From assembly GCA_002633005.1 (NCBI GenBank), contig NMRA01000476.1, positions 7,340 through 71,339 of the forward strand: DNA of 64,000 bases. The letters run 5' to 3'. Of this stretch, positions 38,701-53,700 are shown in pieces. The stretch is from Phoronis australis (Eukaryota; Animalia; Phoronida). Under the pieces are notes generated by a model. It ran no database searches, was not told where the DNA came from, and worked only from the letters and a program-made list of their open reading frames with translations. Every line of letters starts with the position of its first letter. The stretch's first letter is position 1. The position numbers were made by a program, and so were the translations under genes.

Positions 38701-41700
38701 AGTAACCGGAACTCATTTGATTGCTTGCTGTTGGGTGCAGTGGCAACGAACTAATAAGCGATTATGACAGACTGCAGTTTAATCAGCCGCCTGCTGAGAT
38801 GGCAGTGTTCCTGCATAATGGCCAAGCTTCTTAGTTATCACAGGACCAGACATAATGCACTAATCAGTGAACAATACTCTGTGGTAATGATGAAGTGGTC
38901 TCTGTAAGGCCTATCCTATAATGGTGATGCTGATTAATTAGCATTTATAACTAACAGGGGGCAGTTTTGTGAGGACCAATTACTGCCGATTATCTCATAA
39001 TGTCTGATTGAAGACGATGACTCACCAGAAACACGACTGGCTAGCTCTCTGTCAGTGATAATTTGTTATGTTATTGTTGTGACTAATCATTGATTTCATT
39101 TTCTTGCTAAGACAAACTGAATAGTACAAAAATGTCAAATGCATTTCTAGTTTTCTAGAGTGTATTACAGGTTAGCAATAGTCATTTCATTGTGATCTAA
39201 TATTTCTACTGAGCATCTTGAAGCAAAGTGGTCAAACTGCACTTCGCCCTGTTTACCTGATGAAGAATAAAGAAAATAGACTTTTCACTTTCATAAAATC
39301 GGTCTAGTAATATTTCATACCGTAAAAAGACCGTATCCTTTTGCAAACTAGAACACTGAGACCATCAGCGACTCAAGAAAACTCTTAAGTTTATTTTGGT
39401 TGTGCTACCCTAAAACTAAGAACTTAAAACTGACATATGAACACATTGCTGTTACTTGAGACCAACTTGATAAGTGTCAGTTTAAAAAAAATCATAATTA
39501 GATTTGCTATCTATGCATTTGTCAGGATAAGATGTTGACATATCTGTAGACCATCTATGTTGATATCTACAATTCACTATAATCCAAAGTATAATAGTCT
39601 TCATTGAGTTGTATTCATCACTCAAGTACAACACTGCTACAAAGTGGTAGTAGTAACAAGCTATCATCAGTGTTTCAACAGTCTACCTGCTAAGACGTTT
39701 ACACAGCACCACTTGACACAGGATTGTTAAAACATTTTAAGCTGCTCTCCACACAGACAAGGTGAAGTGAATGTTTTATAATGCCTATAAATTAGTTAGG
39801 AGGACATTCTGCTGTCTGGACATTAGCTCATCTTTTATTCATGACTTGGTTTGTCACTGCTAGTTTGAGTTGAGCTATTAGATTTAAAAAGAGGCAAGCA
39901 ACGAGAATAGTTATTATCGAATTCGACTTGCAAATAGAGGTTAGTTTCACTGGTTCATTGCATTCATATTTCTGTGGTTTGTTAGAAATTTAATTTCACC
40001 TGTAGTGTCCTCATCTTAGTTTCATTTCTGTAATGAAGTGATCAACATTCGAAGATTAGACATTGAAACTAGCTTGGTTTGCTTGTGAGATTGTCCTGAT
40101 GAAAGGTGCCAATATTAGGATCAATCAGTGCATGTCACTCCATTGTAATCTACAGCCAAGCAGCCATGTCCAGCTGATAAATCAGTACTACTACAAGCTC
40201 ACCCCAGATTTGTGAAGACCACTGACTACAAACTATGGGGCTTTAAGATAAACAGTTGTTTTTCTGACCGCCCACTAAGACTGTAAGGTCTGATTAAAAT
40301 GGCTACAAACAGTTGCAGTCTGCTATTGACTTAAAGTAAAGCTTCTGCAGTGGGGAGTTCACACTAAAATGGCCACACTGTCTGTAGCAATCTGCTGGTG
40401 ACCTAAAGCTTCTGCAGCAGGGAGTTCTGACTAAAATCAACAGGAGTTCACTAAAATCAGCCCGCTTTCAATTTGCTGAGTAATTGGAATTTCACAGTTG
40501 TTTGGATTTTGTAAGGGAAAACCATTTGACAAAGCATTTTCTTAAGTGATCATCCCTGCAGGTTAACAAACTTACCTGTGATGTAACTTTTAATCCCATT
40601 ACTAGCAGTCAGGGATTATTGTACAAGGAGAGCTGATCAATTAGTGCTCGAGAAATGTCTTTGTCTGCTAAATAGAATCATTAAAAGTGTTTTTTGTTGG
40701 ACAGTACTTCTGCCAAAGATATTAAGTTAAATCCCTGTTAGGTATTTTTAGAGGCGTCTCTAAGACAGATACCTGTCTCAACTGATGGCTTCTGTTGAGT
40801 CATTAATTAGATTTAATTATATCTTGGTCTAGTTATGTAATAGCCGCAGATTTTCTGATTGACATCAAGTTTAGTGGAAAACGTCTTTTGTGAGGCTTCT
40901 TTGGTGTTATGTGGGAAATTGTGCAGGCGACCAGCTTGTGACTAAACACCCACCAGTTGGGGGAAATGTTATTAGAACACTGACAAATGGAGTGCTAATG
41001 AGGCATTGTGCGCCTTAGATGGCTTCAGCTCCTGTGTGGAGAAAAATTCAATAGAACTCTGATGATGTTTTATAGATTTGCCGATAAGGTTTTATAAAAT
41101 CTATACTCCAAGTTGTAGCTAGTAATAAGTCTTCTAATGATAGTTGGGTTGCACCTGACTGTTGGGTGCTTCACAAATAAGAAAATTTGCTTTATTTAGA
41201 ATTTCAAATTTGTTCTCTTTATCTACAAACTAATCAATGCATTGGATGTTTTATATCTGAGAACAGTCTGGTTACATCAAGGATGATTGTTTAGATTTCT
41301 TATCATCATTTAATGGACTGTTGACTCCAGAAGGGTGTAAGGAATGATTCTTAATAAGTTCCAAAAATGTTTTGGACCAGCCAGTGAGACACATTAACAC
41401 GCCACCTTATCAACAATCTAGTTTGCCAGTCTCCACAATGTCTGACAATGCCCTTGGAAACTTTATGCTGGACCATTAGTTTTTGATGGAGGTAATCTCA
41501 GTGCATTAAGCTGTTCCTTCATTGTCCACCTGAATGACTAGCTGTTCTTGATGACTGCTTATAAAGATTGACTTCCATTTGTTGTTACCTATGCCTCTCT
41601 ATTTGTGGCGCCTCAATACCAACCTTAGAAGGTGCCGCCTGTAAGCACAGCTATTACCATTAGCAGTCAGCTGATGGTGATTACAGTCAAAGTAAACAGC

Positions 41701-44700
41701 AGTCTCTCTGGACAAAGAGCTGCTTGATATTGTACATAAAACCAGAGACACACATAGACCTGTTTTGGCTTGCACAATGATGTCTAGGGTTTACATAAAC
41801 TACAGTTGCTGCAGAAATAATAATCCATCTAAACATTGACACTTGGCCATATTGTCAACTGCAATGGATTACAGTCTGTTGATGAGAGGCCATCTAATAA
41901 AGTCATGGAAATTTATGTAAATATTGGGCCCCCAACAGAGGAAGTGAACCACATTTGGGACTATAATCGATGAATTCATGTTTTTAATGAAAATAGCTGG
42001 TCTCCCATATTCTAGGTAATTCGATTAACATTAAACCCATCTGAACCTTCCTTGCAGTTTACTGTGAAATTTGTCTGTGTTGGACAGAGTTTTTAGAAAT
42101 TCTGGGAGTTGTGAAAACAAAGGCATGTGCTTTGTGCACTTAGCAAAACGCTTTTCTGTGGATAATGTCTATAATGCCCGTAAAAGGGCTTCAAAATCAA
42201 TGTTATTTGAAATGTAAGCAACTGTTGTCTTGACATCAGTCGAATCTTATTTAGTTTTTATCAGGTGTTGTATTGAACACATGGTTCTGTTCACGTGTGA
42301 TTGTATTTTTTACCAGTGCCGTTTTAAACTGCCACTGGCACGATCTTGCTCCTAGCAGAATTAACTGTTTAAATTATTTAGCAAGGGAAATGTGAAACTA
42401 TTTTCAGTGTCCCACTTGACATTTAAAGCCACGTTTGGTCTACGCTTCTTTTGCTTCCTCAGCTACTGTGGGTAATTTCATTATTTTTTACTTAGGAGCC
42501 AGCTTATTTAATTTCCTTTCTTGAGGTCTCTCCAAAAATAACGTGGCAGTTTAACATGACTGTACTCAGCACTGGTGTGGCTGCGATTGTGAGGTACAGT
42601 GAATAGCTAAGCTCAAAATATTGTCATGGATTATCCAATTTCAGAATTCTAGCTAGTATATTTTCATTGTGTGATGTTTTTGTTATTCTTTTGACGTCAT
42701 CTTTTGAACCATCATTTTCCAATGAGCTGTTCATTATCTTTTGTTTTCAGTGTTATCTGTAGAATGTACCTAATTGTGTTCTTGAGCTCATCTGCCTTCA
42801 CAGAAATTTCCTGTCAGCACTCAAATAGTAAAGCAAATCTCACCTGAGGAGCACCAATCAATTACCTGTCTCCATCCTTTATTATGCCAGACCCTTTTGC
42901 AATTGTTATGGTGCTCTGCTCCAATTGCCTCATGTCTACACTATTCAGGCATTTTGTTGATGAAAGGAGTGATTGGTTATGAAACTATTTGTCTAGATAT
43001 GTTTAAAAATGGGTACCAGTATTAGAATGAACAATTAGTACTACTCTGTGGAGCCTGAACAGGGATTCCTGTATAAGGAGCCTGAACAGGGATTCCTGTA
43101 TAAGGAGCCTGAACAGGGATTCCTGTATAAGGAGCCTGAACAGGGATCCCTGTATAAGGAGCCTGAACAGGGATCCCTGTATAAGGAGCCTGAACAGGGA
43201 TCCCTGTATAAGGAGCCTGAACAGGGATTCCTGTATAAGGAGCCTGAACAGGGATTCCTGTATAAGGAGCCTGAACAGGGATTCCTGTATAAGGAGCCTG
43301 AACAGGGATTCCTATGTAAGATTTTGTCTTGAAGGGTGCCATTGGATTAATAAATCACTTGTAATAATATCTGTTCTTATATCCTGTTTGGATTGATTAC
43401 ACCATTTTTGCAAATTCTTGTGAAATTAATTCCCAACTTTTTCCTCGTTTGAATGATTTTACTTTATTCACGACAACTCATGTACTATACTACTTAACTA
43501 AATATATAGCCATTTCTTCAGAATGGTCATCAAATCAATCATTTGTTGACAGAAAACTACTGTAGATGTGACCACTGTCTCCCATGTAATGTATATTGAG
43601 CTGATGTATGAGCTGATGTACACCAGAATGGAGTCATTGTTGGATCAATTGGTGTTCAGTTGCTGGTAGGGTAGCAGTCTGGTGAATATTGCATGCTGGG
43701 TCATACAAAATTCATGGCTTTAGGGATGGTCAGTTGACATTCTCTTACTTGTTAGAAATGTTTAGCCATATGGTGAGTTACTGTTATGAATATTAGATTA
43801 ATGGCATTTTATTATCTCAGATGAGTGGTGGTCAACACACTGAGGGGTCTGCACTACCGATTACATAACACAAGTTTTCATTACTTAATTAGTGTGTTGA
43901 CATTCGTAATTTGGTTGGAGAATACTGCAGCTGTTCTAATCTAAATGAAGTTTAAATATCATTTCCAGATTGAAGCAACTCTGAACACAATGCTGCTCTG
44001 TTGCTAAAGTACCCCTCAATTTTACTCCTAGCTGTTTAGAGGCTATACATTTGTTGGAGTTCTTACACAATTTTAGAACAGTCTTGTCATGAGGTTGTTC
44101 ACCATGCAAGTCAATAGACACTGTTCCATGGATCAGTATCTGCCAACTGCTCTTGTAATTACGTAATGTTATGCCAGTAGTCATTAAGGTATTCTGTGCT
44201 CAATTACAGCTTACAATGGAACACAATGATTGTGTGAGGATTGCAAACAATTGGACTTGTGTTGTGTAATGTTTGAATGTTGGGAAGGATATAGGTAATT
44301 GAGAAATATTGATTGTGTTTCAGCAAAAACAAACTGTGGATAATAGGTGGGCTCATTTACTCTATAGCCAGAATGGATTTGTGCTATTAAAAACAAAAGA
44401 AACACCAAAAGGTCTTGATTGGCTATTTCTGTTGTCATTTACTACCTATATGTTGAAGAGTTAGTGAGATGGTTACGTACTATGGTCCTTGTTTTTTGTG
44501 CTAACGTAAGGCATTTGTTTTGATTGCATTTTGACAGTCATTTTTGCACTTGATATGCGCCTGTACAAGAAACAATCCCAACTTAACAGGCAGATTAAGG
44601 GATGATAGCAATGGAATGATTAATAGGCTCCACCTGGAGGCTACCTGCCCTATCACTGGCAGGTGTTCTCGATGCAGTGATCCCCTGACAGTACGTTCCC

Positions 44701-47700
44701 ACCAATCTGAACAATGTAAGCTCCAAGTTTGATCCCTGCCCATGTAATGTGCGTGTGCGTCACTGCTTGCGGTGCTGCCTACTGTTGTCTAGTACAGGGA
44801 TATTTCACAGCTGCTGTTTCTATTACTAGGTGTTTGTTTGCTATACTGTGCTGAATAGCTCAAACAGCAGCTTGGTAAAGTAACTGAAACACTTGCCATT
44901 CATATTTTGCCTTTCAAGTTTTCACACCTGTTAACGATGACAATTAAGCGTGTTTAATTTTTGAGACTTACGAATTATTTCTCTGATTACAGGTCTGGTC
45001 ATTCCTCTGGTGGAGACAGTCCATGCCCAGACACCACAGGTAAGATCATTTGTCACTGCAGAGTTGTATAGTTGGGGCGTTGATAGCTTTGAGAATTCTT
45101 AAAAAGTAGTTTTTCTCAGTAGATCATAGTCTGAACAGAATTAGACGTGTGTGTGTATGCGTGCGTGCGGACGTGCGTGTGGACGTTCCACTAGTAATAG
45201 GATGTGTGTGAATGGGTGTGCGCGCTCTACTAGTTATCAGCGTATTTACTGTAGTTTTTGTTCCTGATAATATTTTTTGTTGTTATACATCATTGGAACT
45301 ACACAGGCTTCCCCAACTGGCACATTTGATGTGTAATAAACTTAGTGTTATGTCCATTTGATAGCCATTGTGTTCTGTTGTTAATGACCAGCCAGCTTAT
45401 TGTTGCTAAGCACCTTTGCAAAACCATGGTGTCCATGCATTAATACTAGTGTTTGAGAAAGTATTCCTTCACGTTATTTAGTCTGTGTAGTGCCAGTGGT
45501 GCCACGGTGGTACAGTTTTCACAAGAAGTCATAAGTTATTTGGTTTATTCATGTTATTAATATGTCCAGTGTCTACCATTATAGTCAAATAATTGCTTGT
45601 CATCAGCATCTTGACGCCAACGTTGTGTCTCACCTGCGTTTTCAGGTAGACATTCCCTGACAGTAACTCCACCCACAAAGTTAAAAAGGGAGCATTTTTA
45701 TGAGATATATTTCAAACTAACATAGTTTGCCACCAGTTAGAACCAAATCTTTTCTGCTGCATTGATTTTTCATAGAATTTCATATTCTTTAATTTTGACA
45801 CTCCATTTGTAGTTAATTTTCAAAAATTGTTTCATGAGTCAATTTTGCTGTAAAGTCACAAATCTCAGTTTGATGCATTATATGAGAGTTGACAGTCATG
45901 AAAAGCTGGTTATTGATCACCCTGGCTCTTCAAAAGAGCCGACAGTTAGGGCTCCCTGTTATTATCAACAACAGCCTGCAATCCTTGGAAAGTCAAATGG
46001 CTGATATCTGCTTCCACAAACAGACCAACACATAGTCCTGTAGACACTGATACTCAGACATTGTTTGGGTTATTTTTAATGCACAATTGGTCACAAAAAA
46101 TAGCATTACGTTTGCTGGCTATTGTGTCTGAATTCCAACTGTTCATGATACTGGCTTAAGCCTTTGGGAGCTATTGTAAAAAACTAAAAGGCGGAACGAT
46201 TTTAGGAGCCGTGTGTGCAGGGTATATTTGCTCTTGCAACATCATGACAAAAACCAAATAACAGTGGGTCAACTTCGGGAAAACAAGACTTGTCGCCACA
46301 TTGCTTGGGAGTTGCTTGTTTTCTGTTTGCCTGAGAAGTGTTTACTGTTTACACAGTGATGTTTTGGGCTCGTTTTACTGTTACATTCCACAGGCTGGCT
46401 TGTGTGTGCCTTATTTGTGCCACGGTTTGAATTTCTCAATGTTTGACACAATTCCTTTGTCTTTTAGTGTGAATCGCCAGGTCACTGGCCAGTGACCTGG
46501 CGACTCTTACACTCGTGGGAAACATTGTTGAACAACCTGTAACTAACCATTCTAAATCTGCTTTTATAGAAAATCCTGTCTGTTAGGTGTTTGAATGGTT
46601 TCTGGTAATTTGTATAGTAACAATTTAGCTTGAGTCCTTCGAAATTGATATTTTTGTCTTTGAAGGGTCTGTGGCATAATACACATTGGAGCACAAAAAT
46701 GTAATTTTTAAATTCAGATTATATAATAAAAATGAACATCAATAAGTTATTGCATTAGTAGAGTATTTTACACAGACAGGTTTTATTACATAGCTTGGTA
46801 AAATTTAACCATTGCAGCAATGTAGTCAGCTTCCGAAAATATAAAATTGTTATCAATAATTAAAGAAAATTTACAGTTATACATAAGTTTCGTTAAACAA
46901 ATGTGTTGATGCAGCCCCAGAGTCACAACTGTCCACATTTGTGAAAGTGACTTGGTTTCCATTGCAAACTTGGTCATGTTCACCTGTATTTGACATTCAT
47001 TAATCCACCGTCTTTGAAGTTTCTCTGTTGAGGCAGATTATAGTGTTATTTTATTTGATTTCCTACAAACACCTCTAATTATGGGTCAACATTTTGCAGC
47101 CACATTGGCTGTGTTACCTGTTTGTGTTGGCTTGCAGGCTGGTAACCTAAAGAGTTTGATTGAATTCTTTTCTAACTGTTGTGAACCAACTATGTGTGAG
47201 TTCAGGATTGATTTGTGTGTACTGTGCATTATCCCCCCTGGAATATGTTTGTTGTCTGCTGAACTTCAAAGTGATACTTTATTTGGACAATTTCCCCGTC
47301 TCTATTGGCCTCCAGGGATTAAACTGTAGGGAAATCCCTGACTGTGCAAATGAAGGTTGTAAACATAGTCACATATAGTTATCCAAAAATGTTGGGTTTG
47401 AAAAACTGTTTCACTGTCATCATATTTAAAAATTTGAGTTGTCTCTGGCCAGTGTTAGAGTAGTAAGCAGTTTGTGACATGACCGTTGCCTTGTTAAATG
47501 TTTACAATCATCCCTGTATGAGGACTATAGGTGTTTTTCTTAACTTATTTCAGAAAAAAAAACATTGCCAAAATATCCTTTTTTTTCTATTTTCTGTGGT
47601 AAACCGTTGAAAAACTTGCAAATAATGAAAACTTAACCATATGTTGTTTTTTGATATCTGTGTAATGCAAACCACAGACTAAAACAAACAGACTAACATT

Positions 47701-50700
47701 TTCTTAATCTTTGATTTTCTTTGAGAAATTTGACAAAATAAAATCTCCCTTGTTTGCCATGTTGAATTCTAAAATGAAACCATTGCTCTTTGTGTCTTCA
47801 ACTTACGATAGTTTTCTCATAGCTGAGACAGTCTCAAGTTTATACCCAGTTCTAATCATCCAAAGACGCTTACAAGATTTTTTCATGCTGCTCAGCTGTT
47901 TTCATTTACATTCATATCCCTTAAGTCCCTTGGTAGTCTGCCCTAGTCTGCTTAAACTCATTTGTTTAATGTTTTCAGAGCTAATTCAATAACCATTCAG
48001 TAATGGCTCTTGTTCAAGCCATTGACACATGTACTGAGCTGGTTTCTAAAATACAATTTTGCTCTTTCATATTGAATTATCTGCAAGGTTTTCATCTTCG
48101 CATGATCAAATATTTGATTTTACTATCCAATCTACTGTGGTTGGGGGTGGGGGGGGGTCATTGGGTTTAACGCCAACAACTAGGAATGTAGTACAAGACG
48201 AAAGTAATGGGACAAAGTATCATTTCCCAGTCACGACAGCTAGTCCAGTGATCAGGAAAAATGACCAGCAATAACTGTTATGGCTGCAAAATTCTAATTC
48301 AGCATCTTACTAACATTCCTGTTAACTCCTGGTCATTCTCAATCATTATGGAAGACTACTCTAAACATTAATTTGACTACCACTCAATCATCATGACGAA
48401 ATCCGAGTAATTCTGCGTTTTCCGAATATTGCACTTCCCGGCCTGAATGACCAGACCTCTGTTTTCAAAATCATAGGTCTACCATTGGATTTTATTCACT
48501 ACAGACTTTTAGGGGATTTCGAATGTAGATTGAAATACATTCATGCCATGACATGACCCATTTAGAACCTATAAACAACCACAGTGTTTGGTCTCTATTC
48601 ATTTTTGTCCATTAAGAAGTACCAGTGCCAGGGTGGCCATAGGTAGTGCATAATGCATTTGTTCAATTTTCTTATAAACCAGTAATAAAATGTCTGCCAT
48701 GGATAATTAAGAAATTTCCTTCTTTGCAGGACTATTTTTTCTATTATTGAATGCAATACCGTTCTTGTACAATGAGGCCTAGACGCTGAATACTTCCCCA
48801 ATCTTTTTAATTCATCAAAGAGTGATGATTAACAATATGTATGCTTTCTCCAATACATGTTTTTCTTTCGAAATAGAAATGAGCTATATACACAATAAAT
48901 CACATTACTCTATTGTATTGTTACTTTTAATTGTGAAAACATATCCACAGTAAAAAGCTTTTGTCAGTGTTTGAAAGTTAAACCTATCTGTTATAGAACA
49001 CGATGGTTCTAGACGAGGCTCAGGCATCGGCAGGTTTTTCCGTGGTACAATTCGTCGATCGGCACGGAAGTACTCCTACAAACAACACCAGGGGGACCCT
49101 CTTGCAAGTGAAATTACGATGCCTGAAGAGGAGCGTATTGAACTCATGCTCATGGTGAAAGAAGGCAGAATCAGCTTAGAGGATGCTATGTCTAAGGTAA
49201 GGGATGTCTCATTGTGTCACTGTGCGTAGTTTGCTAAGTGATTTAAGTTGCAAGTGTACTTCCCAAAAATACTGGTATTGTACAAGAGTTTAAATGAGTT
49301 CCAGATCGCAATCTCTTGTATCTAAGGATTAGTCTTTGAAAAGAATTGTTCTCTTTCTTCATTTATGCCATGTTAGCCTCATACTCAGCATCACCTCGTT
49401 TGAAGACTTATCTTGAATGGCCTAAGTGTTCACACCAGTAGGTCTCAACAGTGTCATTGTCTGATAGCCTCTCTGTTGATTGGTCTGTTCTGCTGAGTGT
49501 TTATATTATGCCACTCCATTCTATTTATAAATACTCAAGCAACACTTCAGTGTTTATCTCATGAAGGAGATAAAAACTTGTACTGTGGGCAAGTTTCAGG
49601 GTTAAGTTACCTTTGTTTGTGCTGCTTGCTGTGATCAAATGATCCCGGCTTCCTGTTTTTGAGCCCTATTTTGATCAAGGATGTTAGATATCTGCTTTGT
49701 TGCAGTAAGAGACATTGTTGCTGGTTTGGTTGACATTTAGTTGGCTTTCTTGTTTGCAGCTTAAAAATTACGAAGATGCTCACCGACCTCAAAATGAACA
49801 CAAAGAAAATAAAAAAGACAAAAGTGGAAAGGTAGGAATTGTGTATTGTTACACAGTTTCAGCGAATTATATTATGGAAAGACCTTTTACGAAACTTAAA
49901 TAATGTCAACTACTCTGAATTACAGGATTCAAAGTGCATGACTTCTGTTTATTTTATTCAGCTGTCTGTTTGCATTGTTAGTCGGAGATTAGTTTTAATA
50001 CTCAAATTTTGTGCCATTGCTTTTCACAACTGGCTGCTTCCACTGGACTCAAGCTGGGCAATAAATATTTTCACATTTCATTTTTCAAGCTGTCTTCACG
50101 ACGGAAGCGAAGGAATGGAGACAAGCGGACCCGCAGCCAGTCTGGTAAGCCTGTGTGCAGTACAGTTTTCCACTACTTGTTTGCCATTGCTTTTTCTCTA
50201 TGAGATTTTAGGTCTTCTGTAATTATAGTGTAGAAATGATTTCCAAAGAATCATTGTGCAGTTTAATCAAGAACGCCTTTTCAAAACATCTGCTTCTTAT
50301 TTCATTTTTCTAGCACATAAAGGTTAATGTTTTTCTGTGAAATTGTGTGTCTTGTTTAACAAGAACATCCTTTCAAATCATATTTTTCTTGTTATTTCAT
50401 GTTTCTAGCATTCAAGCTCATTGTATTGCTTTGGAATTTTGTGTCCTGATTCTGCTCTTTTTATATAATTTATGCACTCTGATGATCAAATTAACTCTAT
50501 ATAAGTGTTTTAATGTAACAGCAGTGTGCCTGTAGCCATTTGCTTAGGTTGCCAAAAGGTCATGTGGAATAGCCAAGCACTGATATCAGTAATGTGCACA
50601 GCCTAGATTTCATTCAGGTCTGTGATTAATTCTGTTCAATGACACTATGACTCACCCTCGTGTGGATCGTAATAAATGAAATTGTCTGGCGTTCCACATT

Positions 50701-53700
50701 AATGCTCATCGTGTTATGCCTTGTTCTATTATTGGATTCTCACATTATTCCCCTGTGAGTTTCATCCTTTCCCAACCCAGTGGCTTAGCTAAATATCATC
50801 ATAAGGTTGGGTAAAAGTTGAAACTATTGCCAGTGCTCATTGTGCAACATCATAGGCAGTAATGAGCTACACTGTGTCCACCAGGTGGCACTGGTAAAAA
50901 ACACGTTACGGTCACTTGTTTTGTAGTAATGAAATGTCCTCCAATTTCAATAGTTTAGCTGCCAAAATTGAATAACAGATAAAATGCCCAATTCTGCGTA
51001 TAATGATTGGCTTACTGAGTGGATGCATTTCTACAGGAAGGAGGTTTGTTACTCTAGTGCCACCTTGTGAATTTTGAGTTATCCATTGACAATATTGTGC
51101 CAAATGAAATATTGTCACTGTCCAATAAGTAATATAGATGCAATTGAATGCTGTTTTGTATTGTATTATATAATATTATATGCATAATTCAAATAAGTCT
51201 TTAACTTTTTTCTTGTGTTATTTCAAAGCATTGTTTTCTCCACAGATGGTGGTAATGTGCGCTCCTTGAGCTGCAGTCCATGTCGAGGGTTCAGTGACCT
51301 CAATGACCTTTCACGGGAAAGCCCCGCATCACGACGGCTCAACAACATGTCTCCTGCTCAACAAGGTGGCTTACAGTGTGTACGTCAGCGCTCGTTTGAG
51401 TCCGGTGCTCTCCCAGCTCACCTGCGAGATCCCTTGTCCAGGAGTAACGCTGGGGTTATTCGCTCAATGCCCAATTCCCCTTGTCATTCATCACGGACCA
51501 GCTCAGTCAGCTCTGTCGGTAACATCTCGCCTATGTCTGTCAGGTCAGACACTAAGAGTTCTCCTCCATTGCCTGAGAGACAATATTCACAGAAAAATAT
51601 TCCTAGCCACAATATACAAATGCAAGAAACACCGAGTCATAAACAAGTGTCAAGGACACGTTCAAGTTCCCCGAGTGTACACCAGCTTAGTCATTCATCA
51701 TCACCAATCAGTGACCGTTTTGCTGCTGCCAGTGGCTTTCTTGCATCACAACAAGCAGCCATTGCCCAGTCCTCCTCACCTCAAGTCGCTAGGCGGGCCG
51801 TTCAGGTAACTTTCACCACTGAAGATCCTCCTGCCTTGCCTCCGAGGAACAAGCCCCAGTCCCCGCACACACGTTCTCATGCCAAAATAACCCACGCCCA
51901 GGTTCACTCTACAGGCACGGACTCTCTGGAAACTAGATCAGTTGTTGAGTCTGACAGGTCATCCGTACAGAGCCCCCTGGAAGATGACACAAGAAGCATA
52001 TCCACAATGTCTGTTGGATCTGACATGTCTCCAGTGTCCGAAAGGAAACAGAAGGTGCTTCATGGTGTACGAAATCGATCGGTGAGTAAATGGAGAACTA
52101 GTGACATCTATTTTTCTTCAACAAAATCATGATTGTTACACCTTCAGCTTACGATACTATCAGTTCTTTTCTAAATTTGTAGGATTTGGTGCAGTCTTGC
52201 ACATCATTTATATGGTGCTTAAATTGGGTAAAATGGCATAGATGTTGATAGGGCATCGGACACTTTTTGTACTTGCGTCTTTTTACTTGCAGTGGCGGAG
52301 TAATAGCTCCTGTGGGGAAGAAGTGAACTCATCAGATTATGAAGATCAGGATGAGTTTGATCAAGTGAGTTAACTTAGCCAAAATTAGATGAACTTTGAG
52401 CTTTGGAAAGTACTGTAAAAATCCTTACTTTTGGACATTGAAAAAATTACTGAATTTTTGTTTTTGGCAAGTGTTTATAGTAATCTTCAGCAACCAAGTT
52501 TGAACATTTTCAATAGTTCAACCAAATTGTGATAGTTTTTGTTTGAAAAGGTGTTGCTAATACTGTAGACCAAGTTTGCAAGGTGCTTGAATTTCTGAAA
52601 ATGTACCTAGTGAACTTTGATCTATTGTAATTGTGGTCTAGACAGATAAACAGTATTGAGTTTCTGGTAATACCCATCTGCTTGTCGGAAAGTGCTATCT
52701 GTTTTCAATTGTCAGACATATTTTGTATTTATGTGTGGAAATATAAAGTTACCTGAAAGGTGACATGTAACTTAAGACATGCTTTGAGGGGACATTGTTA
52801 GTCTATGATGACTTTATGGCCCAGTGATAACACTCTTTTGGATAATAAATCTGACATCAAAGAGTCACCTGCTATTTCTTTGATCTTCTCTGGTAATTGA
52901 AATGCCATTAGATATTCATGGCTATTCTCTTGTGAAACCCCTGAATTGTATTCGTCAACTGGACTGGTCCATCTCTGAGAAAGTTAGTTTTATGAAAACT
53001 ATAAAAAAAATGATTTTACACAGCTCTGTGTTAACGTTTACTTTTATTATTCAATATCTTAACTCTTCACTGACTGTTAATGATGTTGTAAAGATGTCAA
53101 CTGGCAAAAAGTGATTTACACTAAGATAATTTTATGTGAATTTCAAATTGCTGAATCAGTTCAAGAATTTGAGAGTGAGAGATGCTGTACTCATTTGTGG
53201 TACACAAAATGTATTTTTACTGAAAAAAAATCATTATTTTCAGGATCTTGAGAGGTCTGCCATCCACAGAGAGAGTTTCAATGACAAACTGAAGAATGAA
53301 GTGCGCAAACATTTCTCCCAGATACCGTCCCTCAGTATGACCAAGGAGGTAAGGATGTTAATCAGTTGAGTTCTTTCTGCCTCAACAAAAGTGTTGGTTA
53401 ATGGTACCCGATGTGACCTTCTAACAAGTCTTCTTGTTTACAAGTAAATGGTTTTTACACACAGTTACTAGGAATTGTTTCCATGTTTTTACTGTGTTAA
53501 TTGACACATGACAGTTTATGGCAGGAAGTTCTCTCCCATTGACCCAGACAACTGGAAGGTGTTGAGTGAATAACAAGGTCAAACAAAGCACTTATGCCAC
53601 CTTTCAGTTAAAACTACATATGAAAGTATGGAATGGAAATCAATCTTTAGTCATTTTCTTTTTTGTGTTGAAATTTTTGGAAAGATATCTGAAATGCAGG

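Noticed and set aside
43022-43342. CRISPR-like array, or repetitive proteins (ORFs 43022..43342 - and 43048..43332 +)
   Set aside because: The palindromic 27-bp units are contiguous with no unique spacers and there are no cas genes in this animal intron. The ORFs arise because 27 is divisible by 3, and I found no fitting splice sites.
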